Assembly: GCA_026129305.1 (NCBI GenBank)
Contig: JAHCII010000006.1
Span: 1,056 to 65,055 of the forward strand
Source: Anaerolineales bacterium
GTDB lineage: Bacteria; Chloroflexota; Anaerolineae; Anaerolineales; UBA11579
Direction: 5' to 3'
DNA: 64,000 nt
Shown here: one piece after another, positions 17,745 to 27,550 of the stretch
Layout: every line of letters begins with the position of its first letter
Position numbering within the stretch: position 1 is the first letter of the stretch
Made by a program: the position numbers and the translations under genes
The notes under the pieces: generated by a model
Told to the model about the DNA's origin: nothing
The model's database searches: none
The model's input: the letters and a program-made list of their open reading frames with translations, nothing else

Positions 17745-18503
17745 TTAGCGGGCGGGCTGGCGCTGCAAGAGCGGCACGAGTTCGTTGAGGTAGTCGATCA
17801 GCGCATATTCGGCGCTGGGCTCATACAGCCCTTTGGTGTTGACCAGCACGGCGGGGATGCCAGCAGCGTGCGGGCCGAGCACATCGGCATAGTAGTTGTC
17901 CCCCACGTAGAGAACTTCTTCCGGCCGGCGCCCAATGAACTCAAGCATATTCAGGAAAGCCTGCTTCTCGGGTTTGTAAGCGCCCAGCTGCCCGGCGGTC
18001 AGAAAAGCGTCCATGAACAGGTCCAAGCCCAAGGTGTGCATCTCATGATAAACCGTGCGGCTGCGGTTGGTCAGTACGCCGAGAGTCAAGCCGCTGGCGC
18101 GCAGCTGCGCCAGGGTCTCGAGGGTGTGCGGGCGCAACAGGTTGCGCGGGCGGTAGTTGGCCTGCATATAGCTGCGCAGCTTGGGGCCGAGGCTCTCGGC
18201 CTGCGCTTCGCCCAGGCCCAGGGCCAGCAGGTGCAGTCTGCTGTAATGGCTCCAGAAAGCCGGAGTGTCGTCGCCCAGGCGGGCCTCGTCGGCCAGCAGT
18301 TCCGGCGAGTTGGCCCAGTACTGGTGCTCCCACAATTGGGCTGCCCGCCGGCGTGGCCAATCCAGCTCCAGTCCCTGGCTGCGCAGGAACAGAGCCACCA
18401 TTTCGTTGGCGCGCGGTTCGGATTCGCGCAGCGTATCGTCCAGGTCAAAGATCACGGTAGTGATCCGTTCGGGGTCGAGGACAGGGATGGACTTAGCCGC
18501 CAA
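17745..18503 (-). CDS. HAD-superfamily hydrolase
   Basis: Motif [10 protein letters not shown], motif [17 protein letters not shown]. Confidence 0.85.
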   Translation of the reverse strand: MAAKSIPVLDPERITTVIFDLDDTLRESEPRANEMVALFLRSQGLELDWPRRRAAQLWEHQYWANSPELLADEARLGDDTPAFWSHYSRLHLLALGLGEAQAESLGPKLRSYMQANYRPRNLLRPHTLETLAQLRASGLTLGVLTNRSRTVYHEMHTLGLDLFMDAFLTAGQLGAYKPEKQAFLNMLEFIGRRPEEVLYVGDNYYADVLGPHAAGIPAVLVNTKGLYEPSAEYALIDYLNELVPLLQRQPAR

Positions 18504-19503
18504 TATAAGACATCTCCACTTTTACAGGATTCTTGCTTTGCCTTGAGCGCAGCTCGGAATAACGGTCCGTCCGGCGGCTCCACACCCCGGCGATGGCAGT
18601 GCGCAACTCTTCATCGCTGGCGCCCTCACGCAGCAGCTGGCGCAGGTCGGCGCCCTGCACAGCGAACAGGCAGGTGAACAGCTTGCCATCGGCGGAGAGA
18701 CGCGCCCGGGTGCAGTCGCCGCAGAAGGGCTGCGAGACGGAGGCGATGATGCCGACTTCGCCGGCGCCATCGGCGTAGCGATAGCGCTCGGCTACCTCAC
18801 CGCGGTAGTTGGGCTGCAAAGGTTCCAGGGGCAGCTTGGCGTGGATGGTTTGGAAGATCTGCTTGGCGCTGACGACGTCATCCATGCGCCAGCCGTTGGT
18901 GCTGCCCACATCCATGAATTCGATCAGGCGCAGAATATGGCCGTGCTGGCGCATGTAGCGCGCCATGGGCAGGATCTCCTGGTCGTTGACGCCGCGCTTG
19001 ACCACCATATTGACCTTGACTGGCCCCAGCCCGGCCGCGGCACTGGCCGCGATCCAGTCCAGCACCGCCGCCACGGGGAAGTCCACGTCGTTCATGGCCT
19101 TGAAGACCGCCTCGTCCAGCGCATCCAGGCTGACGGTCATGCGCTTGAGACCGGCTTCTTTGAGCCGGGCGATATTCTCTACGGGGAAGGAGCCGTTGGT
19201 GGTCAGGGCCAGGTCCTCTACCCCGGGCGTTACGCCCAGCTTGCGCACCAGTTCGGGCAGGTCACGGCGCATCAGCGGTTCGCCGCCGGTCAGGCGCACC
19301 TTACGCACGCCCAGGCTGGTGAAAATGCCGGTAAGGCGCGTGATCTCCTCGAAACTCAGCAGTTGTTCACGCGGCAGGAACTGGTAGTCACGCCCAAAGA
19401 CTTCTTTAGGCATGCAGTAGGTGCAGCGGAAATTGCAGCGGTCCGTGACGGAAATGCGCAGGTCGTGCAGTGGGCGGCCCAGGGTGTCGATCGGAAGGTT
19501 CAT
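18493..19503 (-). CDS. moaA: GTP 3',8-cyclase MoaA (radical SAM)
   Basis: [18 protein letters not shown] is the CxxxCxxC cluster. The C-terminal CGDC..R motif is present. Confidence 0.92.
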   Translation of the reverse strand: MNLPIDTLGRPLHDLRISVTDRCNFRCTYCMPKEVFGRDYQFLPREQLLSFEEITRLTGIFTSLGVRKVRLTGGEPLMRRDLPELVRKLGVTPGVEDLALTTNGSFPVENIARLKEAGLKRMTVSLDALDEAVFKAMNDVDFPVAAVLDWIAASAAAGLGPVKVNMVVKRGVNDQEILPMARYMRQHGHILRLIEFMDVGSTNGWRMDDVVSAKQIFQTIHAKLPLEPLQPNYRGEVAERYRYADGAGEVGIIASVSQPFCGDCTRARLSADGKLFTCLFAVQGADLRQLLREGASDEELRTAIAGVWSRRTDRYSELRSRQSKNPVKVEMSYIGG

Positions 19504-19524
19504 GGCAACGGCGGGGTTTGAAAA

Positions 19525-19549
19525 CTGGCGCAGCTATTCACTGCGCCAG
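19525..19549 (-). terminator. hairpin terminator downstream of the VOC gene and upstream of moaA
   Basis: On the minus strand: CTGGCGCAG-TGAATAG-CTGCGCCAG followed by TTTTC. Confidence 0.5.
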
Positions 19550-19603
19550 TCCAGCTACTTGAATGATTATATCGCGCCGGAATTTGGACGGCCGAACGCG
19601 GCG

Positions 19604-20305
19604 CTATTGATGAACCAATTCGTTGATGTGGGCGAATTCTTCGGCCAGGGCTGCCCGCTCGGCCTTGCTGAGCGACAGCAGCTCAGCGGCGGCCAGGGAA
19701 CTGCGCGCCAGTTCGCTGTTGTCGGTGCGCACGGCCAGCTCAGCTCTGTACAAGTAGGCCCGTGCCAGGTCGGGCGCGGCGGCGTCCTTATAACGCGCCA
19801 AACCTGTCTCCAGGGTTTTCAGCGCTTGGGCCTCGTCTCCGTGGGCATCCCCCAAACGGGCGGCAACCTCAAGGATCTGGGCTAGAGCGGTTGCTTCCCG
19901 GCTTGGTTGTGACTCTTCGTCGCCCAGTTTGGAAACCCGCAGCCAGTTGCCGCCCGGGTCCACCAGGCTGAAGCCGCGCACGGTACCGTATTTCTTGCGC
20001 GGTCGCAGCAGGCGCGGGATACCCTTCACGGGCAGCTTGCCGTAGTGCTGGCGCAGCCCGGCGGCGAAAGCCTGGTACAGCGCGTCCGGGTCCGGCACAA
20101 CGACGATGACGGTGCCGTAGGAATCCGCCGGGTTGAAGCCTTCCATGCCGAAAAGATGGATGTGGAGGTCTTCGCGGGCTACAACCGCATAGGGGTTCGG
20201 GCGCAGTTGCCGGTAGGTTCTTTTGAAACCCAGGCTCTCATAGAAAGCTACGGATACATCAATATCTGCGCAGGGCAGGCAAGGATAGGTGCGTTCGTCA
20301 GCCAC
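19604..20305 (-). CDS. VOC/glyoxalase-bleomycin-resistance family domain protein with a helical C-terminal extension
   Basis: CADIDVSVAFYESLGF...HIHLF...GFSLVDPGGNWLRV. Confidence 0.75.
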   Translation of the reverse strand: MADERTYPCLPCADIDVSVAFYESLGFKRTYRQLRPNPYAVVAREDLHIHLFGMEGFNPADSYGTVIVVVPDPDALYQAFAAGLRQHYGKLPVKGIPRLLRPRKKYGTVRGFSLVDPGGNWLRVSKLGDEESQPSREATALAQILEVAARLGDAHGDEAQALKTLETGLARYKDAAAPDLARAYLYRAELAVRTDNSELARSSLAAAELLSLSKAERAALAEEFAHINELVHQ

Positions 20306-20314
20306 GGCTGAGGG

Positions 20315-20827
20315 CTAGTCCCAGTTAAGCCGGCCGCCCAGCAGCAACCAAAAGCCGCCGATGATGAGCAGCACCGGCCAGAACTGGCCCAAAATGCGCG
20401 GCCCGCCCATAAAACTGCCGAAGACGGCAAAGATCAGCAGGCTGAAGAGCACCGCACTGAGGCCCTCACGCAAGCCCGCGCCAAAGCGTCCCTGCAAGAA
20501 GTTCATCAGCATGCTGCCCACCCCGGCGAAGCCCGGGATCAGCGCCCAGGCGTAGGCCCAGCTGGCCCAATCGCCCGTGTTGTTCTGGTAGAGCAGTATG
20601 CCGCCAATGCCGGCAATAATGCTGGCCGGTACAGCCAGCGCCGGGGTGCGTCCCAGCACGCTAAAAAGCAGAAAAGCCGCTCCGGCGCCAATGATCCACC
20701 ACGGCCAGCTGAACTGCACATTGATCAGCTGAGCCACTTCAGGGAAGAACTGACTGGCCAGGAACCAACCCCCGACCAAAATTAGCAAAACGCCGATGAA
20801 CAAATTGCCTCTACGTTCTTGGTCCAT
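20315..20827 (-). CDS. integral membrane protein (LiaF/DUF5668-like TM repeats)
   Basis: 170-aa ORF that is almost entirely hydrophobic helices. Confidence 0.6.
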   Translation of the reverse strand: MDQERRGNLFIGVLLILVGGWFLASQFFPEVAQLINVQFSWPWWIIGAGAAFLLFSVLGRTPALAVPASIIAGIGGILLYQNNTGDWASWAYAWALIPGFAGVGSMLMNFLQGRFGAGLREGLSAVLFSLLIFAVFGSFMGGPRILGQFWPVLLIIGGFWLLLGGRLNWD

Positions 20828-20862
20828 TTACACTCCTTGTCTCACCAGTTAATACGTATATT

Positions 20863-21804
20863 CTACGCTTTGGTTGCGTTTTGTTGGCGCTTGCGCCGCT
20901 CCTGAAAGACGCCGGCCACACCGATCAGCACGAACAGGCTGCCGAAGATGATCCAGGGCGTGATCTTCTCGTTCAGCACCAGGCTGCCCAGCAGCACGGC
21001 CAGCACCGGGTTGACGTACGCATAGGTCATCACGATCTGGGTCGGCAGCCGCCGCAAGGCGGTCACATAAGCCGTAAAGGTGAAGATGGAGCCGACCACC
21101 ACCAGGTAGCCGAAGGCCCACCAGGCCTGCGGGGTGGGCGTGGGCCGCGGTTCGCCCATCAGCAGGGCCACCAGGGCGAAGCCCAGCGCGCCGAAAACCA
21201 TTTGGTAGGCGGAGCTGGCGCCGGGGCTGAGCGAGACCGGCCGGCGGGCCTGGAACACCGACCCGCCCGCCCAGGCGATGGCGGCGAAGACCAGCGCCAG
21301 GCTGGCTACGGTGTCGGCGGCCACGCCGCTCATCAGCTCCGGCACCACCAGCAGGCCGGTGCCGATGAAGCCGGCCAGCAAGGCCAGCACCAGACTGCGC
21401 GAGGGCCATTTGCGGTCCACAATGGCTTCAATGATGGCGGCCCAAATCGGCGAGGCGGCCACCAGCAAGGCGGCCAGGCCGGACTCAGTGCGCTGTTCGG
21501 CAAAGGTCACCAACCCATTGCCGCCCAGCCAGAGCAGCAGGCCGGAGACGATCAGGGTGACCGTCTCGCTGCGGGTCGGCTTGAGCTGCTCCCGGCGCAG
21601 CTTGGCCCAGGCCAGCAGCACGACGGCGGCCAGGGCGGCGCGCATCAGCCCCATGGTGAAGGGCGGGAAGCCGGCGCCTTCCTGCACGGCCAGGCGAATG
21701 GCCAGGTAGGTGCTGCTCCATACGATGTAAACGACGAACAGGTTGCTCAGACCCACCGGGTCGAGCTTGCCGCCGCTGCCGGCGGTCTGTGGGGATGTGG
21801 ACAT
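20863..21804 (-). CDS. EamA/DMT-family transporter
   Basis: 10-TM profile. GGAGACG RBS before the ATG at 21804. Motif WSSTYLAIRLAV. Confidence 0.8.
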   Translation of the reverse strand: MSTSPQTAGSGGKLDPVGLSNLFVVYIVWSSTYLAIRLAVQEGAGFPPFTMGLMRAALAAVVLLAWAKLRREQLKPTRSETVTLIVSGLLLWLGGNGLVTFAEQRTESGLAALLVAASPIWAAIIEAIVDRKWPSRSLVLALLAGFIGTGLLVVPELMSGVAADTVASLALVFAAIAWAGGSVFQARRPVSLSPGASSAYQMVFGALGFALVALLMGEPRPTPTPQAWWAFGYLVVVGSIFTFTAYVTALRRLPTQIVMTYAYVNPVLAVLLGSLVLNEKITPWIIFGSLFVLIGVAGVFQERRKRQQNATKA

Positions 21805-21814
21805 ACGTCTCCTT

Positions 21815-22720
21815 CTAGGCAGGCTGGGCCGCAGGGGCAGCCAGGCGACTGCGATACACGACAATGATGCCGAGCAGCACCGCCGCGCCGCCCAGCCACT
21901 GCTGGGCTGAGAACTGCTCGCCCAGCAGCGGGCCGGCCAGGAAGGCGGTCAGCACCGGCTGGATCAGCAAGGTGGGCGCCACCACCGAGGCAGGCAGATA
22001 GCCCTGGGTGAACGTAATCAGCAGCCAGCCCACGCCCTGCACCACCACACCCAGGCCCACGAAAGCCCAAATGCTGCTGGCCGGGTAACCGGTCAGCGGG
22101 TCGCCCAGCAGGAAGACCAGTACCAGCAGACAGATGGCCGAGCCCAGGGCGCTAAGCCAAAAGAAGCTCAGCGCGTTGAGGTGGTCACGACCTTTTTGGG
22201 TGGTGAGCAAGTAGGCGCCGTAGAACACGGCTGAGACCAGGCCCCAGCCCGCCCCGGGCGTGGCCTGCAAGCCGTTCTCGAAACTGAGGTTGAGCACCAC
22301 CAGCACCCCGGCCAGCGCAATCGCCAGGCCGCTCCAAAACTTCCAGTTGAGCTGCTCTTTGAAGATCAGCCAGGCGCCCAAAGCCACCCAAATGGGGGCC
22401 AGGTTGCCCAGCAGCGTGGGGATCGTGGCGCCGCCGGCGCGGATAGCAGTCGCCCAAGCGGCCAGATCCAGGCCGAAGAAGAGGCCGGCCAGCAGCGCCA
22501 GCCACACCCCGCGGCCGGAGAGGCGCAGGCGGTCTTTGCGGAAGCTGGCCAGGAAGGGCAGCAACAGCACCAGATTGCCGATCAGCACCCGGTAAAAGCT
22601 GACCACAGACCCTGGGGCCTGGGCCATGGCAGTCAGGATGGCGGACAGGCTTAAAATAAGAACGCCCACAAACAGGGCGGCATAAGCCTTCCACGATGCG
22701 TTCGTGGGCATGGCGGCCAT
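21815..22720 (-). CDS. EamA/DMT-family transporter (tandem second copy)
   Basis: 10-TM profile. The start at M16 of the track ORF is preferred. Confidence 0.75.
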   Translation of the reverse strand: MAAMPTNASWKAYAALFVGVLILSLSAILTAMAQAPGSVVSFYRVLIGNLVLLLPFLASFRKDRLRLSGRGVWLALLAGLFFGLDLAAWATAIRAGGATIPTLLGNLAPIWVALGAWLIFKEQLNWKFWSGLAIALAGVLVVLNLSFENGLQATPGAGWGLVSAVFYGAYLLTTQKGRDHLNALSFFWLSALGSAICLLVLVFLLGDPLTGYPASSIWAFVGLGVVVQGVGWLLITFTQGYLPASVVAPTLLIQPVLTAFLAGPLLGEQFSAQQWLGGAAVLLGIIVVYRSRLAAPAAQPA

Positions 22721-22783
22721 TGTACCGCCTGGCAAAGGCGGCAGGTATAATTTCCCGCACGGCATACGTTATTAACAATAACT

Positions 22784-23161
22784 ATGGAAGGAAATCTTAT
22801 GCCCGACCCCAAACGACGCAATGTTTCAAAATTTGATGGCGATTTCTTCGCCCGTTTTGGTATTCAAATCCGCCTGATCGCTCGCTTGCTGGCTGACGGC
22901 CGGGTGAGCCTGCTGGCCAAAGCCTTGCCGGTCTTTTCGATCTTGTATCTGGTCTCCCCGCTGGATATGGCCATCCCGCTGGTGGACGATGCTCTGGTGA
23001 TCTGGATCGCCAACACTCTGTTCCTGGACCTGTGCCCGCCGGACGTAGTGGCCGAACACCGCAGCGAATTGGAGAACGAAGCCAGTCCCAAGAGCGGCGC
23101 GGCGCGCCCCAAGCCCGATCCGGAAGTGATTGACGCGGATTACCATGACAAGGACGCCTAG
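22784..23161 (+). CDS. DUF1232 (YkvA-like) membrane protein
   Basis: LLADGRVSLLAKALPVFSILYLVSPLDMAIPLVDDALVIWIA resembles the DUF1232 core. Confidence 0.6.
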   Translation: MEGNLMPDPKRRNVSKFDGDFFARFGIQIRLIARLLADGRVSLLAKALPVFSILYLVSPLDMAIPLVDDALVIWIANTLFLDLCPPDVVAEHRSELENEASPKSGAARPKPDPEVIDADYHDKDA

Positions 23162-24392
23162 TCCTTCTCTCCTCTTGGTTCTGGGCTTGCTACTGGCTGC
23201 CTGCGGCAGCCGGCCCACCCCGACCGTGGTGACCAGCCAGCCGGCGGCGCCGGCCGCGGGGCCCGAAACCGAAGCGGTGGCGGACTCGCCTGCGCAGACC
23301 GTTCAGTCGACCAGCGACGGAGGTCTGACCCAGGCCGGCCAGCTGCCCGACCCCAACGGGTTCAGATGGGTGCAGGTGGCCACCGGTTTTGACAGCCCGG
23401 TGTTCATGGCTGAGACGGCAGACCAGAGCGGGCGCCTGTTCGTGGTGGAGCAGCCCGGCCAAATTTGGGCGCTTTCTGAGCAGGGTGAAACCAGCCTGTT
23501 CCTGGACATCCGTGACCGGGTGGGCAGCCGGGCCAACGAGCAGGGCTTGCTGGGACTGGCTTTTCATCCCGATTATGTGCAGAACGGCTACTTGTACGTA
23601 AATTACACTGACCGCTCCGGGGACACGGTCATCTCGCGCTTCAGCAGCGACGCCAACCAGGCTGATGCTGGCAGCGAGAAGATCTTGCTGCAGGTGGACC
23701 AGCCCTACGACAATCACAACGGCGGCCACTTGGAGTTTGGCTTGGATGGCTACTTGTATATTGGCCTGGGCGACGGCGGCTCGGGCGGCGACCCACTAGG
23801 CGCCGGCCAGGCGTTGGACACGCTGCTGGGCAAGCTGCTACGCATTGATGTGGACAACGGCGACCCCTATGCCATTCCGGCTGATAATGCCGGCGGCGGC
23901 CAGGCGGAGATCTGGGCTTATGGCCTGCGCAACCCTTGGCGCTTCAGCTTTGATATGGCGACTGGCGACCTGTATATTGGCGATGTAGGCCAAGGCGCCT
24001 GGGAGGAGATCAACTTCTTGCCTGGCGGTTCCGCAGGCGGCGCCAATTTTGGCTGGAATTACTATGAAGGCACGCACGGATACCAAGGCAATCCCCCGGC
24101 GGGCGGCGACTTTGTTTTCCCGGTGGCGGAATACGACCACAGCTCGGGCTGCTCGGTGACTGGCGGCTATGTTTATCGCGGCCATCAACTGGAAGAATGG
24201 CGCGGCGTGTATGTCTATGGGGATTTTTGCAGCGGCGAGATCTATGGTTTGCTGCGCAATGCCGACGGCAGCTGGCAAAATGCCCGCTTGTACGACACCA
24301 ATTTTCTGATATCCTCATTTGGTCGTGATAAACACGGCGAGATATATCTCGTGGATCGCGCCGGGGGTATTTACCAGCTCCAGCGCCAATAA
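23145..24392 (+). CDS. PQQ-dependent sugar (glucose/sorbosone) dehydrogenase, lipoprotein
   Basis: Lipobox LLLAACGS. Motifs GLLGLAFHPDY, HNGGHLEFGLDGYLYIGLGDGGSGGDP and GLRNPWRFSFD. Confidence 0.88.
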   Translation: MTRTPSPSLLLVLGLLLAACGSRPTPTVVTSQPAAPAAGPETEAVADSPAQTVQSTSDGGLTQAGQLPDPNGFRWVQVATGFDSPVFMAETADQSGRLFVVEQPGQIWALSEQGETSLFLDIRDRVGSRANEQGLLGLAFHPDYVQNGYLYVNYTDRSGDTVISRFSSDANQADAGSEKILLQVDQPYDNHNGGHLEFGLDGYLYIGLGDGGSGGDPLGAGQALDTLLGKLLRIDVDNGDPYAIPADNAGGGQAEIWAYGLRNPWRFSFDMATGDLYIGDVGQGAWEEINFLPGGSAGGANFGWNYYEGTHGYQGNPPAGGDFVFPVAEYDHSSGCSVTGGYVYRGHQLEEWRGVYVYGDFCSGEIYGLLRNADGSWQNARLYDTNFLISSFGRDKHGEIYLVDRAGGIYQLQRQ

Positions 24393-24397
24393 CACCC

Positions 24398-25300
24398 TTG
24401 CCAAGCCCAACGCCCCCGACTTCTGATGTGCTGGTTGTCCACAACCCGGGCGCCAGCGCCGCCGATGCGGGGGCGTTGTCGCGCCTAATGGCGGTGCACT
24501 TTGCCGGTCGCCAGGTGGACTATGTGGAGTGCCACCGCCAGCAGTTGGCAGAGCGCCTGGCGCCTTGGCTGGAGCGCGGTGTGCGCCTGATCATCGCGGC
24601 GGGCGGCGACGGAACGCTTTCCGACATTGCCACGGCGCTGCCCTCCGGCGGCCCGACAGTGGGCGTGCTGCCGATGGGTACCGGCAACGTGATGGCGCGC
24701 GAGCTGGACCTGCCGCTGGACCTGGACGAGGCAGCTGCCATGCTGGCAGGCGACTTCGCCGTGCGCCGGCTAGACCTGCTGCAGGTGGATGGCCGCGCCT
24801 ATCTGCTCTCCGTCAGCGCCGGGATGAGCGCCCGCGCCATGCGCGAGACCGGCCCCTGGCGCAAACGCGTCTTTGGCAAAAGCTCCTACCTGGTCAGCTT
24901 GCTGCTCAATTTCTTTGCCATGCACCCTGCAGAATTCGTGGTGCGTGCCGATGGCCGCCAGGTGCGCCTGCGCGCCAGCGACCTGATGGCGCTCAACTCC
25001 GCCAGCCTGGGGTATAAGGCCCTGCGCTGGTGGCCCGAGGTGCGCCCGGATGACGGCCATATGGATCTGTGCCACCTGGAAGCGGAAAACGGGGTTCGCT
25101 ATCTCTGGGTGGTCTACAATTTTTTGCGCGGCAACTATTTCCGCCACCCCTGGCTGGACCATGCTCCGGTGAAACGCACTCTGGTGATCGAGGAGCCGCG
25201 CGGCCTGGCGGTGCAGGGCGACGGCGACTGGATCGGTGAAACCCCTGTGGAAATCACCCTGCTTCCGGCGGCGCTGAATGTCGCTGTCCCTGCTCGATAA
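24398..25300 (+). CDS. diacylglycerol/lipid kinase family protein (YegS/BmrU-like)
   Basis: IIAAGGDGTLSDI and LPMGTGNVMAREL. Confidence 0.85.
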   Translation: MPSPTPPTSDVLVVHNPGASAADAGALSRLMAVHFAGRQVDYVECHRQQLAERLAPWLERGVRLIIAAGGDGTLSDIATALPSGGPTVGVLPMGTGNVMARELDLPLDLDEAAAMLAGDFAVRRLDLLQVDGRAYLLSVSAGMSARAMRETGPWRKRVFGKSSYLVSLLLNFFAMHPAEFVVRADGRQVRLRASDLMALNSASLGYKALRWWPEVRPDDGHMDLCHLEAENGVRYLWVVYNFLRGNYFRHPWLDHAPVKRTLVIEEPRGLAVQGDGDWIGETPVEITLLPAALNVAVPAR

Positions 25301-25307
25301 ACTCTAG

Positions 25308-25327
25308 GGGCGCACAGCCGTGCGCCC
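25308..25327. repeat. REP-like palindrome, copy 3 (one central mismatch)
   Basis: GGGCGCACAGCCGTGCGCCC lies between convergent gene ends, with flanks CTAG/CTAC. Confidence 0.85.
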
Positions 25328-25331
25328 TACG

Positions 25332-26114
25332 CTACGCGATGCGCCTTTGGCGCACCACTTCAAACAAAACAATGCTGCCGGCAATAGCGACATTCAGCGA
25401 TTCACTGCCGCCGGGCATGGGGATGTGCAGGCTCTGGCCGGCCAGGTTACGCGCCCCGGCGCTGGCCCCGTGGGCCTCGCCGCCCAGGATGAGCGCAACC
25501 GGTTGGCGCAGGTCAGCGGCGTAATAAGCGGGGCCTTCGCCTGCAGCGGTCAGCACAGCCTGCAGCTTGTGCTGCGCCAGCACAGCGCCGATCTCGCCCC
25601 AGCTTTGCGGGAGCACTGGTAGGCGGAAGTGCGCGCCCATGCCGCCGCGCAGCGCCTTGGGGCCGTAAGCGTCGGCGCAGCCCGGGCCAAGCAGCACCGC
25701 CCCGCAGCCGGCTGCGGCCGCGCTGCGCAGCAGCGTGCCCAGGTTGCCGGGGTCAGCCAGGCCGTCCAGCACTAAGGCAAAGTCCAGCTGGGCGGGCAGC
25801 GCAGGCGGCTGCCAGGCCAGCTGCAGCAAGATGCCTTGCGGCGTCTGCGTATCGGCTGCGGCGGCCATGACCGCGTCGGAAACCAGCTCCAGGCTGGCGC
25901 CTTTGGAGCGCAGCTGGCGCAGCAAGCCCGGCTCGGCGGCGGCCAGCGCCTCGGTGTACAGCGCCAGGCGCAGCGGCCAACCGGACAGCAGCGCTTCATT
26001 GGCCAGGCGCACGCCCTCCAACACGAAGGCGCCGGCCTGTTTGCGGCGCTTGGTTTGGCGCAACAAGGCGCGCGTCTCCTGCACTTTGGGGTTTTGGGCG
26101 GAATTGATCACCAA
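25332..26114 (-). CDS. TrmH/SpoU-family RNA 2'-O-methyltransferase
   Basis: LDGLADPGNLGTLLRSA, LILGGEAHG and IPMPGGSESLNVAIAGSIVLFE. Confidence 0.88.
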   Translation of the reverse strand: MVINSAQNPKVQETRALLRQTKRRKQAGAFVLEGVRLANEALLSGWPLRLALYTEALAAAEPGLLRQLRSKGASLELVSDAVMAAAADTQTPQGILLQLAWQPPALPAQLDFALVLDGLADPGNLGTLLRSAAAAGCGAVLLGPGCADAYGPKALRGGMGAHFRLPVLPQSWGEIGAVLAQHKLQAVLTAAGEGPAYYAADLRQPVALILGGEAHGASAGARNLAGQSLHIPMPGGSESLNVAIAGSIVLFEVVRQRRIA

Positions 26115-26175
26115 GTCATTCTAATTCAGCCAGTGTTAGAATGCCGAAAACTCTAGCAATACCCGAGGTGCTCTG

Positions 26176-27279
26176 ATGGCGGATGCGCGCGTGCAAAAAC
26201 TGGCCCAAACCCTGGTGGAATACTCTGTAGGGGTCAAACCCGGCGATTGGGTGGTCATTTTTGGCCATCCAGTGGCCGAGGCGCTGACCAGCGAGGTCCT
26301 GCGGTACACCCTGCGGGCGGGCGGCAACCCCAGCGTGCTCTACGGCTTGGGCAGCACCAGCCAGATCTTTCTTGAGGAGGCCAACGGGGAGCAACTCAAG
26401 TTCCTTTCCCCCTTCGAGCGCATGCCGTTCGAACAGGCCGACGTGTTTGTCAGCATCGACGCCACTGAGAACACCCGTACCCTGAGCACGGCGGACAGCG
26501 AGAAGCAAAAGATCCGCTCGGTGGCGCGCAAAGAAGTGATGGAGGCTTACATGCGGCGCAGCGCCAGCGGCGAGCTGCGCTGGACGCTGACCCAGTTCCC
26601 CTGCAACGCCTTCGCCCAGGAGGCTGATATGCACCTGAGCGCTTATGAGGACTTTGTCTACAGCGCCTGCAAGGCTGACCAGCCCGACCCGGTCAAGATC
26701 TGGAACGAGATCGAGGCTGACCAGGCACGCCTGGTGAAATGGCTGGAAGGCAAGAAGATGCTGGAAATGCACAGCCCGACGATCGACATGCGCATGTCGA
26801 TCGAGGGCCGCACCTTCATCAACTCCACCGCCAAGCACAACATGCCCGGCTCAGAGATATTTACCGGTCCGGTGGAGGATTCAGTGAACGGCTGGGTGCA
26901 ATATACCTTCCCCGCCATTCGGCTGGGGCGTGAGGTGGACGGCATCCGCCTGGAATTCAAGGACGGTAAAGTGGTCAAAGTTTCTGCTGAAAAGAATGAG
27001 GAGTATCTGATCAAGATGCTGGACCAGGACCCCGGCGCCCGCTTCCTGGGGGAGCTGGGGATTGGCACCAACTACAGCATTGACCGCTTTACCAAAAGCA
27101 TTTTGTACGATGAGAAGATGGGCGGCACGATTCACATGGCGGTGGGTGCCAGCTACCCCGAGACGGGCGGCAAGAACCAATCCGCCCTGCACTGGGACAT
27201 GATCTGCGACATGCGCCAGGACAGCGAGATCCGCGTGGATGGCGAGCTGTTTTATAAGGATGGGCAGTTTCAGGTGTAA
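26176..27279 (+). CDS. aminopeptidase, peptidase family M29 (AmpS/PepS-like)
   Basis: 367 aa. Motifs NMPGSEIFTGP and GELGIGTNY...HMAVG. Confidence 0.8.
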   Translation: MADARVQKLAQTLVEYSVGVKPGDWVVIFGHPVAEALTSEVLRYTLRAGGNPSVLYGLGSTSQIFLEEANGEQLKFLSPFERMPFEQADVFVSIDATENTRTLSTADSEKQKIRSVARKEVMEAYMRRSASGELRWTLTQFPCNAFAQEADMHLSAYEDFVYSACKADQPDPVKIWNEIEADQARLVKWLEGKKMLEMHSPTIDMRMSIEGRTFINSTAKHNMPGSEIFTGPVEDSVNGWVQYTFPAIRLGREVDGIRLEFKDGKVVKVSAEKNEEYLIKMLDQDPGARFLGELGIGTNYSIDRFTKSILYDEKMGGTIHMAVGASYPETGGKNQSALHWDMICDMRQDSEIRVDGELFYKDGQFQV

Positions 27280-27303
27280 GTCTAAGCGTGTCTATCCGAA
27301 CAG

Positions 27304-27365
27304 GTCATTCCGAGCGTGTACTTCGCACTACACCAGGACGCTGGGCTGACCAGCGAGGAATCCAC
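27304..27365 (+). repeat. hairpin repeat unit GTCATTCCGAGCG...AGCGAGGAATCC (expanded copy)
   Basis: It shares the GTCAT(T/C)C(C/T)GAGCG ... AGGA(A)TCC ends with the inverted compact copy at 27449-27472. Confidence 0.6.
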
Positions 27366-27448
27366 CAATCCTGATCTTCGGTATAACTCAAAAACCCGAG
27401 GCAGGCGGAATTTTGGACCGGATAACATCTTGACTTGCAAAGACTATA

Positions 27449-27472
27449 GGGATCCTTCGCTCAGGATGACAC
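27449..27472 (-). repeat. hairpin repeat unit GTCATCCTGAGCGAAGGATCC (compact copy, inverted)
   Basis: The minus strand reads GTGTCATCCTGAGCGAAGGATCCC, with stem ATCCT/AGGAT. Confidence 0.6.
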
Positions 27473-27477
27473 AGAGT

Positions 27478-27530
27478 TGGTGTGCAGTACTCGAACCTGC
27501 GACCTTCGGGTTATGAGCCCAACGAGCTGC
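27478..27530 (-). pseudogene. truncated initiator tRNA-fMet-like fragment (D-stem 3' strand to T-arm)
   Basis: The minus strand reads GCAGCTCGTTGGGCTCATAACCCGAAGGTCGCAGGTTCGAGTACTGCACACCA. This matches the E. coli tRNA-fMet core AGCTCGTCGGGCTCATAACCCGAAGGTCG almost exactly. Both acceptor-stem strands are missing and the last T-stem pair is broken. Confidence 0.7.
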
Positions 27531-27550
27531 GTTTCTCTCTTTAAACAACA

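Noticed and set aside
19504-19603. Possible Moco riboswitch upstream of moaA.
   Set aside because: Only about 100 nt are available. They are largely accounted for by a simple hairpin terminator of the upstream gene plus a TATAAT box, and no Moco-motif conserved features are visible.
27316-27516. 66-aa plus-strand ORF in the pepS-rplT intergenic region.
   Set aside because: It is composed entirely of the hairpin repeats and the antisense of the tRNA-fMet fragment. It has no RBS.
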